Source of the DNA: Patescibacteria group bacterium
Lineage (GTDB): Bacteria > Patescibacteriota > Microgenomatia > UBA1400 > PJMF01
Direction of reading: 5' to 3'
Assembly: GCA_041747555.1 (NCBI GenBank)
Contig: JBGTEY010000011.1
Coordinates: forward strand, 184,274 to 222,280
DNA length: 38,007 nt
The first letter of the stretch is position 1, and every line of letters starts with the position of its first letter. The position numbers and the translations under genes were made by a program. Shown here piece by piece: positions 29,888 to 38,007 of the stretch. The notes below the pieces were generated by a model. It did no database searches and was not told the DNA's origin. It saw only the letters and a program-made list of their open reading frames with translations.

Positions 29888-31282
29888 TTATAGCAACCCA
29901 AGCTGCTTTAAAACCTCTTCTAATCTTTTGTGTTCAGTTCTTGAAATTATGTTCTTGTATCCAAGTCTTTTTGCTTCTTTAATTCGACGATCGAGCAGCG
30001 CAACCGTGCGAATTTCTCCCTGCAAACCAACCTCACCGATAAATACTGTTTTCTTTGGGAGAGGTTTATTTTTGAGTGAGCTGGCAATTGCCACTGCTAA
30101 TCCTAAATCAACGGCAGGCTCACGTATCGTAAATCCTCCGGCAACATTCACGAAGATGTCGTTCATCCCAAGTGGTAACCGACAGTGCTTCTGCAACACT
30201 GCCGAAAGCACCTGAATCCTCGAGAGATCAACGCCGCGACCCACCCTTCTCGGCATGGCTAATTGCGATGAAACAACCAGTGCCTGCACCTCAACCAAGA
30301 ACGGTCGAGTGCCTTCAACCACGCTAATAGTGGCACTTCCAGCCACGCGTTCATCGGCTTGATCAAGAAAAAGTGCTGACGGATTTTCTACAGATTCATA
30401 ACCAAAACTTTGCATGCGAAATACACCCACTTCATCGGTCGCCCCAAAGCGGTTTTTTATCGCCCTCAGCATTCGTAATTCACCCGTTCTTTCGCCACTT
30501 AGTTCTAAAACTGCATCCACAATGTGTTCAAGGATTTTTGGGCCTGAAATCACCCCATCTTTCGTAACATGCCCCACCAAAAACAGCGGAACATTTTGTT
30601 CTTTGGCTGCAGACGTTAAGCGATCAGCAGATTCTCTAACTTGCCCCACACTTCCAGCCAGTCCCGTCAGTGCAGTAGTCGTCATCGTTTGAATACTATC
30701 TACAATCATCATTTGTGGCTGAATCTCACGCATCGTGTTCACTACCCGATCAACGTCGGTGGTTGTTACAAACTGCAATCGCGACTGAAGCTTTTTCCAC
30801 TGCGCGTGCTCCGCTTTAGTTTTGGATTCTAGAAAACGCTTAATTCGAATCACAATTTGCGACGGACTCTCTTCTCCACACACATAGACAACAGGTTTGT
30901 CGCTGCCCGAATCCAATACTACCGAAATCGCAACTTGCGTCAAAATTGTTGATTTTCCAATCCCTGGCTCACCCCCAATCAACATCACCGACCCCGGAAC
31001 CATTCCTTGTTGCGCATCATCGCCTCCCAACACCCTATCAAACTCAGGGATTGTAGTTGAAATCCTGGTTTTGCCAGAACTCAGGCCCTTCACTTGAGGA
31101 AATGGAACAACTTCTGCACCTCCAGTTGGTGTCAGAGGTCTTGAGCTCAACGACGAGGCGGTAGAAACCACCTGCTCCTCGACCATACTCTGCCACTCAC
31201 CACAACTCTGACACTGCCCCACCCACTTGGGATGTGCCCAACCACACTGCTGACAGACATACTTTGATTTTTGTTTAGCCAT
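29888..31282 (-). CDS. radA: DNA repair protein RadA/Sms
   Basis: Zn finger CQQC...CQSC, GGEPGIGKST, VDSIQT, KNRFG and a Lon-like C-terminus. The start is ATG 31282 (MAKQKSKY). Confidence 0.97.
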   Translation of the reverse strand: MAKQKSKYVCQQCGWAHPKWVGQCQSCGEWQSMVEEQVVSTASSLSSRPLTPTGGAEVVPFPQVKGLSSGKTRISTTIPEFDRVLGGDDAQQGMVPGSVMLIGGEPGIGKSTILTQVAISVVLDSGSDKPVVYVCGEESPSQIVIRIKRFLESKTKAEHAQWKKLQSRLQFVTTTDVDRVVNTMREIQPQMMIVDSIQTMTTTALTGLAGSVGQVRESADRLTSAAKEQNVPLFLVGHVTKDGVISGPKILEHIVDAVLELSGERTGELRMLRAIKNRFGATDEVGVFRMQSFGYESVENPSALFLDQADERVAGSATISVVEGTRPFLVEVQALVVSSQLAMPRRVGRGVDLSRIQVLSAVLQKHCRLPLGMNDIFVNVAGGFTIREPAVDLGLAVAIASSLKNKPLPKKTVFIGEVGLQGEIRTVALLDRRIKEAKRLGYKNIISRTEHKRLEEVLKQLGLL

Positions 31283-31378
31283 AGTTTCAGGATACCACGC
31301 GATTCTTACAAGCACATAACAAACACACAGCAATCGCACTACAATTGTTCTTTACCACAAATCTTTTTTCTGTTGATT

Positions 31379-31879
31379 CTACGAGCTCTGTTCAAGCTTA
31401 ATCGTTGTTGATACTTTTGGGTTGTGCTGGTGCACCACCTCAACCCTGCCGCCAAAATTTTCAACGATGGCTCTTTTTTTATCCAAATGAGCAGTGTGCG
31501 AAGATACTGCTAATATATCTGGATTTATCAAACTAATTAATAGTTTATGATCATCTGGTGAAGAAAATTTTTCCGGGAGAACAAATGCGCTGTCAACACA
31601 CTCAAGTTCCAGAAGCGCAGCAAATCGATCCTTTTGTTTCTGAATCGGTCGCCCCTCACCCTTAATCTTTCGGACACGAACGTCACTCTCTACCCCAACG
31701 ACTAGCACGTCCCCTGAGTCCTTAGCTTTTTGTAAAAAAAATACATGTTCCTCATGAAGGATATCAAACACGCCAGTCACAAAAACAATCTTTTGCCCCT
31801 CCTCACGTGCTTTTTTCAACAATAAAAGCACCGACTTTGGCACCAATGACACCTGCTGATTGCGCAAAGCTTGCATCAT
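31379..31879 (-). CDS. Cytidylyltransferase-like (HxGH-class) nucleotidyltransferase, RfaE-II/TagD/FAD synthase-like
   Basis: VFVTGVFDILHEEH...GDVLVVGVESD...KGEGRP and STT, with an ATGA overlap on the upstream stop. Confidence 0.88.
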   Translation of the reverse strand: MMQALRNQQVSLVPKSVLLLLKKAREEGQKIVFVTGVFDILHEEHVFFLQKAKDSGDVLVVGVESDVRVRKIKGEGRPIQKQKDRFAALLELECVDSAFVLPEKFSSPDDHKLLISLINPDILAVSSHTAHLDKKRAIVENFGGRVEVVHQHNPKVSTTIKLEQSS

Positions 31880-32850
31880 TGTCCTACTTCGCGCACTGCC
31901 GCACTCCACAACTCATAAATACCATGTTTTGTATTTCTGGGGTGAAAAAATGCTGAATGGAGCGATACTCTTTCTCTAGTCATATGACTTTTCATATACG
32001 AAAATTGAATACTATAAAACAACAAATTTATAATCGTAAGTGGTAGGTTAAACACAGCCTCAACTAGAGTAGAAATTGACATGCTCCATGATTTACCTCC
32101 CTCCTCTCGAGTACTTTTTTCAATTGCACTGGAGGCATCATATTTTTTAGAGGCGTAATAATTAGGAACGTACCACTTCGCCCAGCTATTTTCCTTCAGA
32201 AATGTCATTGCAACTCCTGACCCTGGCCGAGAATACACCCACTTCGCCTGACAAAGTTCATAGGCACCATATACTGTTTGCAGCGCGATCGGCATGCGCA
32301 ATCGATCCTCAGAAAGCCATAAGTTAAAGCACCAACTGTTTAGATCCTCACGCTTCCATGAGCGTCGCTTGCCCTGCAATTGAGCAAGCCAGGAAATCCA
32401 AACTCGACTCAACCATAATCGATTAGCACTCGTAACAATCATAAAATCTATATCATCCCCTGGGTGAGTGCTATCTACCGCCAACGAGCCCGTCACCGCA
32501 ACTCCCTGAATCCAGGGAATGTGGCGAATTTGCTCAACGAAAGACTGCACTTCCATCCATTTTACTTGAGAAAGAGCTGTTTGTTTTTTTCTGTCAACGA
32601 CGGTGGTTTCATGACCAGCAAAAAAATAGTGGTTATCGCGCACTCCAACAACGCCATCGTGCACGAGCGGTTGCAAGACTGTAACCACTTGTGACTCAGT
32701 GACTACGGGAATCACACCTTGCGTTGTGTGTGTTGATTTAACAAGAAGTCTCACCCAAATCTCATGAGATGTCAGGGGAAATCCAAAAGCCTGAGAATAC
32801 CCAAGTGTCATCAAAATTCGGCGAGCAAGAAATGCTGAAAAATTATCCAT
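31876..32850 (-). CDS. Putative Pol-beta-superfamily nucleotidyltransferase
   Basis: VAVTGSLA...DDIDFMIV fits the hGS-x-DxD motif. The N-terminus is wHTH-like. Confidence 0.7.
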   Translation of the reverse strand: MDNFSAFLARRILMTLGYSQAFGFPLTSHEIWVRLLVKSTHTTQGVIPVVTESQVVTVLQPLVHDGVVGVRDNHYFFAGHETTVVDRKKQTALSQVKWMEVQSFVEQIRHIPWIQGVAVTGSLAVDSTHPGDDIDFMIVTSANRLWLSRVWISWLAQLQGKRRSWKREDLNSWCFNLWLSEDRLRMPIALQTVYGAYELCQAKWVYSRPGSGVAMTFLKENSWAKWYVPNYYASKKYDASSAIEKSTREEGGKSWSMSISTLVEAVFNLPLTIINLLFYSIQFSYMKSHMTRERVSLHSAFFHPRNTKHGIYELWSAAVREVGQ

Positions 32851-32870
32851 GGACGCTAGTATACCAGTAG

Positions 32871-34862
32871 CTATCGAGCGGTTGAGGTACTGACGCCGTA
32901 TTGACGAAGCACTTGCTTAACCCCCTGATCTACTACGGGGAGGACATCCTCTGGTTTTTCACCGTTATTGATGGCATTCACTGCATCGGCATAGTATTTT
33001 ATGATTTGATCGTTGATGCCATTATCGTGTGTTGAAGAACTCATGTACCAGCCCTGGGCGTATGGCGCGTCTTCTAGATATGGCGCAATCATGCTATTTT
33101 CAAGTAATTCATCTGCTAGTTCTTGTCGAGGATATAATTCCCCAAATGATCGAATCGCACTCTGCTCTGAATAGAGCATTTGAAGTGTTTCTGGCGAACT
33201 TAATTTTGTTAAAAACTTTTGTGCAGCTTCTTTATTTTGACTCTGAGCACTAATACCTTCTGCCCAGTATGAGGCCCAGGTGATACGCTCGTCTGTAAGT
33301 GTCGGGAGTGGCACTACACCAAACTTGAGATTGGGATTCTGAGCCTGGATTTCATGAATTCTCCATGATGGTGCAAATATCATTGCAACATCTTCTCGGG
33401 CGAACGCTGTTGAAGATGCAGGGAGTGATGTGCTCCAAACGCGATCTGCTCGAGCAAAATTAGTGTAAAAAAGCAGTGCGTCTCTAGTTTCTGGAGAGTT
33501 TGGTTGGGTAAAATTCGCTCCATTTTGCAGCATTAAAACTGCGAGGATGTCAGAAAAGTGCTCAACATTGCCCGCAGTCCCCAGCGCGATACCTGCGCGC
33601 TGAACCTGTGCGCCATTTCTAATAGTTAATTTATTAGCAAGCGCTCTGAGCTCAGACCAAGTTGTTGGTGGTTGCTCATTTGCGGCAGCCAACATATTTT
33701 CATTATATAAAAGTGCTAAGCCGTCATACATGAGTGGCACACCAACCACATTTCCATTCAAGACGAGCTGTTTAGCTGCTGCAGGATAGTAATTCTGACT
33801 CAGCTGACTTGAGCCAAGAACCGTCGCTGGAAGTGGTGACAATTCATCAGCAATCATCGGAGTCCATGATGCATGGAACCGGAAAATATCTGGTCCAGCA
33901 CCAGATGCTACCGCTGTTTGAAGTCGTTCGCGATAATCCCTATGCGATTGGCGGGAATATTCAATAGTAATTCCTGGATTTTCTGCTTCAAACTCCTCAA
34001 TAACACTGGTTAAAACCTCAGAAGGTTCCCACAATCCCCAATACGTGAGCGTCGTTTGTGTACCGGGTACCGTTACGCGACCCGATGTGTCGGGGCCATC
34101 ACCCGCGGGAATGGAAGTGCTACCTCCCCCACCCAAAAACTGCATTGCTGCAAAAGCAATAACGCCAATGAGCACGAGTGCACCAATAACCATTGGTAAA
34201 AATCGTAAAATTGATTTTTTGGGTTTGGCAAATGCTGCTGACCGCTGTGTGTCCGCTGTGGTCGCTGGGCTGGCGGGCTGAGCAGGCATTTTACCTAAAC
34301 TCGGGACTGCGCCAGGGGCTGGTGGAGTTGATGGGTTTGGTGGAGCCTGCATTGAACCTACTGCCGTTGCGCCACCCTGAGGAATAGTGGGGGCTGCTGG
34401 TTTTGGCTGCTGAGGTCCACCTGGTTGTTGCGAGGATACTGCTGGATTTACATGCGGGACTGATGCGGGCTTTGCGGGTTCGGGTGCATCTGCTGGAATA
34501 GCTTTGGCTGGCGCACTCATTGAGTTGAGTGCCGTGATTGTCTTAGGAGGTTTTGGTGGTGGCGAGCTGGGAGTTGGCGGCGTGCCTGGAGCGGGTTGAC
34601 CAGCAGCAGGGGGTGATTGTGGTGCTTGGGATGTATTTGGTGCTGGAGGTGTTTGTGTCGCCTGAGGCACTTGAGCTTTGGGGGGCTGCTGATTGGACTG
34701 ACCTTGTCCAGCAGAAAAGTTTGTTGGCTTGTAATTGGCGTCACCCGACGCATTCGACTGGGCACCTTGCGGTTTTCCAGAAGCAGAGGTGTCGTTCTGA
34801 GAGACAGACACCGTGTTCTGCTTGTTAGGACTAGTTGGTTTGGGCAGTGGTAAATCAGGCAT
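32871..34862 (-). CDS. Membrane-anchored sugar-type extracellular solute-binding protein with a long Pro-rich N-terminus
   Basis: About 215 aa rich in Pro/Ala/Gln, then a TM helix, then a family-1 SBP (LTYWGLW, GPDIF, GVPLMYDGLALLYN, PPTTWSEL). ATG at 34862. Confidence 0.85.
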   Translation of the reverse strand: MPDLPLPKPTSPNKQNTVSVSQNDTSASGKPQGAQSNASGDANYKPTNFSAGQGQSNQQPPKAQVPQATQTPPAPNTSQAPQSPPAAGQPAPGTPPTPSSPPPKPPKTITALNSMSAPAKAIPADAPEPAKPASVPHVNPAVSSQQPGGPQQPKPAAPTIPQGGATAVGSMQAPPNPSTPPAPGAVPSLGKMPAQPASPATTADTQRSAAFAKPKKSILRFLPMVIGALVLIGVIAFAAMQFLGGGGSTSIPAGDGPDTSGRVTVPGTQTTLTYWGLWEPSEVLTSVIEEFEAENPGITIEYSRQSHRDYRERLQTAVASGAGPDIFRFHASWTPMIADELSPLPATVLGSSQLSQNYYPAAAKQLVLNGNVVGVPLMYDGLALLYNENMLAAANEQPPTTWSELRALANKLTIRNGAQVQRAGIALGTAGNVEHFSDILAVLMLQNGANFTQPNSPETRDALLFYTNFARADRVWSTSLPASSTAFAREDVAMIFAPSWRIHEIQAQNPNLKFGVVPLPTLTDERITWASYWAEGISAQSQNKEAAQKFLTKLSSPETLQMLYSEQSAIRSFGELYPRQELADELLENSMIAPYLEDAPYAQGWYMSSSTHDNGINDQIIKYYADAVNAINNGEKPEDVLPVVDQGVKQVLRQYGVSTSTAR

Positions 34863-34961
34863 ATTCTCTATATAGTATCTTGAACGAAATTGAGTCAAAA
34901 TACAAGCACTCGTCGCACGCCACGTGCGACTTCGATCAGATCACGATACAATACTACTATA

Positions 34962-36809
34962 ATGAATGAAACCACACCCCAAGTAAAGGCTCGATTGCTC
35001 TCATTACTCAAGTGGGAATCAAAAACAGCAGCCATAATTCTCGCCATTGTCGCACTTTTTTTTCTCAGTGCCCTAATGTATGCAAATCAATATCAAGATC
35101 GATTTCTGCCGAACACCTTTATAAAGGGTGTGCTGGTCGAGGGATTGACTCGGGATGAGGCGGTCAACGAACTTACAAATACCTACAAGTCACCTAATGA
35201 ATTCTTCGTTACCCTCGCAGTTGATGACATCTCGACGACTATTAGCTCTAGTGATATGGAAATTCACTACCCTATTGAGAAAACTGTCGATGCCGCATTT
35301 ACTCAAAGTAGATTTAAAAATCAATGGCTTCTGCTATTTTCATTGATACAAAGCTATTTTTATCCACACACCTACGCTCTCTCGCCAGAATTTTCCGATG
35401 AAAAGATCATGCAAGCCGCATTTGACCTCAAACAACAGGTTGATATTGAGGGAGTTGAACCCAGCGCAACACTCAAACAATCAGGTGTGCCGTCCACGAT
35501 TACAATTGACCCAGGCAGCTTTGGGAGAAGTGTTGATGCTACAAGTGCAGCTCAACTCACATCAAAAATAATATTGTCAGAAGAATTTACCAATCAAATG
35601 GTGGCAGCTCCAGTAGCGTCGACAAGCATGGAGCTAAATCAAGAGGAGCAAGACGTAGCTCGAACACGAGCAGGTCAATTTGTGGGTAAAGAAATCAGGC
35701 TCGAATACCAAGAATTTGGGTTTGAGCTGACTGATCAAGATATAATTTCGACACTAGCGCTCCCCAATGGGGTTCGTCAGGAAATCTTAGAATCTCTGAT
35801 TAGTGAATTTGCCACTAAAATAAATCGCGAACCGGTCAACGCGCATTTTGAGTTTAATCAAGAAACTAACGATGTCATCGCATTTCAACCACATCGTAAC
35901 GGCATTTCAGTTGACGTCACACAAACAACTAGTGAAGTTGCAAATATCATAAATAAAATTGATGAATCAATCCAAATTGAAGAATCACAATCCAATGAAA
36001 GCGATACAGAGTCAGAGCCACAAACTGAGTGGGTCGTCGCACTTGTTGCTGGCGAAACTTCTCCAGAAACAACCCTCGCCGATACTAACTCACTTGGTAT
36101 TACCGAGCGCATCGGTTTTGGCGAAAGCAACTATAACGGCTCTATTCCGAACAGAGTTCATAACGTCACTGTCACGAGCGAACGAATTAACAACGCACTA
36201 GTTGCACCTGGTGAAGAATTTTCATTTAATAAAGAATTAGGTGATATATCGCGCGCAACCGGGTTTCGACCTGCATATGTTATTAGGAGTGGAAGAACTG
36301 AGCTCGGTGATGGAGGTGGGGTTTGTCAAGTTAGTAGCACGCTCTTTAGAGCGCTACTGGATTCAGGACTAAATATTTCAAAAAGACTACAACACAGTTA
36401 TCGAGTTGGGTACTATGAGCAAAACTCAGAGCCTGGCTTTGACGCAACAGTGTATAGCGGAAATGTCGACCTAAGATTTATAAATGACACCGAGCATCAC
36501 GTGTTAGTCCACACTCGAGTAAATGAAGCAGATAGATACCTTGCAATCGAGCTTTTTGGAACAAGTGATGGTCGCTCCACAGAAATTTCTGGATATGAAA
36601 AGTGGGGATTTGTGTCTGCGCTCCCAACTGAATACTACCCCGATCCAAGCCTCGCTCCTGGACAATTGAAACAAATTGACTGGGCAGTTGCAGGTCTAAA
36701 AACAAAATTCACCCACACCGTCCGCGACAAAGACGGAAACGTGATGCGCGAAGATGAATACTACTCAAATTACAGACCCTGGGCGGCAAAGTTTTTGCAA
36801 GGAGTTTAA
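34962..36809 (+). CDS. VanW-family protein with peptidoglycan-binding repeats
   Basis: N-terminal TM, VanW core (NRVHNV...PGEEFSFNKELG...GGGVCQVSSTLFRA...HSY...DATV...DLRFIN) and a G5-like C-terminus. Confidence 0.9.
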   Translation: MNETTPQVKARLLSLLKWESKTAAIILAIVALFFLSALMYANQYQDRFLPNTFIKGVLVEGLTRDEAVNELTNTYKSPNEFFVTLAVDDISTTISSSDMEIHYPIEKTVDAAFTQSRFKNQWLLLFSLIQSYFYPHTYALSPEFSDEKIMQAAFDLKQQVDIEGVEPSATLKQSGVPSTITIDPGSFGRSVDATSAAQLTSKIILSEEFTNQMVAAPVASTSMELNQEEQDVARTRAGQFVGKEIRLEYQEFGFELTDQDIISTLALPNGVRQEILESLISEFATKINREPVNAHFEFNQETNDVIAFQPHRNGISVDVTQTTSEVANIINKIDESIQIEESQSNESDTESEPQTEWVVALVAGETSPETTLADTNSLGITERIGFGESNYNGSIPNRVHNVTVTSERINNALVAPGEEFSFNKELGDISRATGFRPAYVIRSGRTELGDGGGVCQVSSTLFRALLDSGLNISKRLQHSYRVGYYEQNSEPGFDATVYSGNVDLRFINDTEHHVLVHTRVNEADRYLAIELFGTSDGRSTEISGYEKWGFVSALPTEYYPDPSLAPGQLKQIDWAVAGLKTKFTHTVRDKDGNVMREDEYYSNYRPWAAKFLQGV

Positions 36810-36814
36810 CAAAA

Positions 36815-37561
36815 CTACTTTTTAATCATTTCCTTCATACCGTCAATTGCTCTCAAAACCTCGAGTGGAACTGCAAAAATAATCGTGTTTGACTGATCAG
36901 ATGAGATGTCATTAATTGAATTAAGCGTTCTTAAGTGAAGCGCACCTGGTGTGGAAGCCATCATATCCGCAGCTTTCATTAGGTTTTCTGCGGCCAAGAC
37001 CTCACCTTCACTACTAATAATAGTAGCGCGCTTTTCACGCTCTGCCTCTGCTTGCTTGGCCATAGTGCGCACCATGCTCTCTGGTAGTTCAATATCCTTG
37101 AGTTCAACAGTTTCCACGTCAATTCCCCACTGGTCAGTGATCGGATCAATCGTGTTGAGAATTTCTTTGGCGATTTTTTCTCTATTAGAAAGCAATTCGT
37201 CGAGCGTTGCCTCTCCAGCAATTCTTCGCATGGTGGTTTGCGCGAGTTGAGACACCGCCCAAAAGACGCTTTCCACCTCATTGATAGCTTTGGCTGCATC
37301 TTGAACTTTATAGTAAATCACCGCATTCATTTTGCAGGAAACATTGTCCTTAGTAATAGTTTCTTGCTTGGGAACATCAACAGCCTTGGTACGAACATCA
37401 ACCTTTTGAAACGATTGAAAAATTGGAATCACAATTCTCCACCCCGCTCCAACCACACCTGTAAATCGACCCATGGTGTAAATAACTCCACGCTCATAGT
37501 GATAAATTTGTTTGAGGGAGATCAAGATTATGAATAGTATTGTGCCGAGAATGAACCACAT
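36815..37561 (-). CDS. SPFH/band 7 (slipin, stomatin-like) protein
   Basis: YERGV...VDVRTKAVDVPKQETITKDNV...AQTTMR...QAEAEREKRA...ALHLRTL. Confidence 0.95.
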   Translation of the reverse strand: MWFILGTILFIILISLKQIYHYERGVIYTMGRFTGVVGAGWRIVIPIFQSFQKVDVRTKAVDVPKQETITKDNVSCKMNAVIYYKVQDAAKAINEVESVFWAVSQLAQTTMRRIAGEATLDELLSNREKIAKEILNTIDPITDQWGIDVETVELKDIELPESMVRTMAKQAEAEREKRATIISSEGEVLAAENLMKAADMMASTPGALHLRTLNSINDISSDQSNTIIFAVPLEVLRAIDGMKEMIKK

Positions 37562-37651
37562 GATATGCCTTTCTGTATTTTGCGAATTATAGCAAATAAA
37601 TATTTACAAAGATATAAAACATGTAAAATAATACTTAAAACACACCCCCCT

Positions 37652-38007
37652 TCATTCGACCATAGATTTCAAAAAGATTGGCAAAGCCACACCGAAAAGC
37701 ATTACCCACACAACATTTCTGACGTTCCTTTTCCAAACTTCTGGATCCTTATTATTGACTTGCTGCTTGACATACATAAGACCTAGCAAATCTAATAAAA
37801 AGACACCACCAGTTAGAATTGCTTGCAGCTGTGTGGGATTTCCCGTATCAAGTATATGATCCAAACTAAGTGTGGCAAAAATGTTACAAATAACCAACCA
37901 AAAAACAGGCTGCTTAAACAAAAGTTCTAGTGTTTTTGGGTAGTCTTTTGCATCTTTAGCACTTCCGGATGCGACAACAAACTCATCATTTTCTTTTGAC
38001 AGAGGTA
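37652..38007 (-). CDS. Membrane protein, 5'-truncated by the window edge
   Basis: The frame stays open upstream of the track start (PLSKENDEFVVASGSAKDAKDYPKTLELLFKQ...) to the edge. It has three hydrophobic segments. Confidence 0.6.
   Translation of the reverse strand, partial: PLSKENDEFVVASGSAKDAKDYPKTLELLFKQPVFWLVICNIFATLSLDHILDTGNPTQLQAILTGGVFLLDLLGLMYVKQQVNNKDPEVWKRNVRNVVWVMLFGVALPIFLKSMVE

Overview
This 38-kb window looks like part of a Patescibacteria/CPR chromosome, most like Microgenomates. That is inferred from gene content: GspG-like pilins, a stand-alone TraG/VirD4-like ATPase, a PaaX-like regulator, VanW and a giant GIGT-repeat surface protein; TGA is used as a stop. The main result is a strongly diverged F-type ATPase-like cluster at 2384-8825 in the order c-like, b, delta, alpha, gamma, beta, with epsilon on the opposite strand. 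No subunit a is present. The c-like hairpin (GRNPLA loop) lacks the ion-binding carboxylate and is fused behind a signal peptide and an extracellular domain of the type seen on phage and CPR fibre proteins. A long membrane-anchored beta-helical fibre gene, missed by the ORF track, is transcribed divergently from the cluster. Together these suggest an F1-driven, non-chemiosmotic surface machine (hypothesis). Other notable items are a leaderless Leu-Leu leader-peptide attenuator upstream of leuS, a non-canonical low-GC LeuRS editing domain, an Obg with a large insertion, a 1232-aa ABC-like protein with a duplicated C-terminal domain, and several apparently leaderless genes. The rest is housekeeping and envelope genes: rho, radA, LysM/M23, sortase, a solute-binding protein, VanW and SPFH. 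No rRNA, tRNA, CRISPR array or transposase was recognised.
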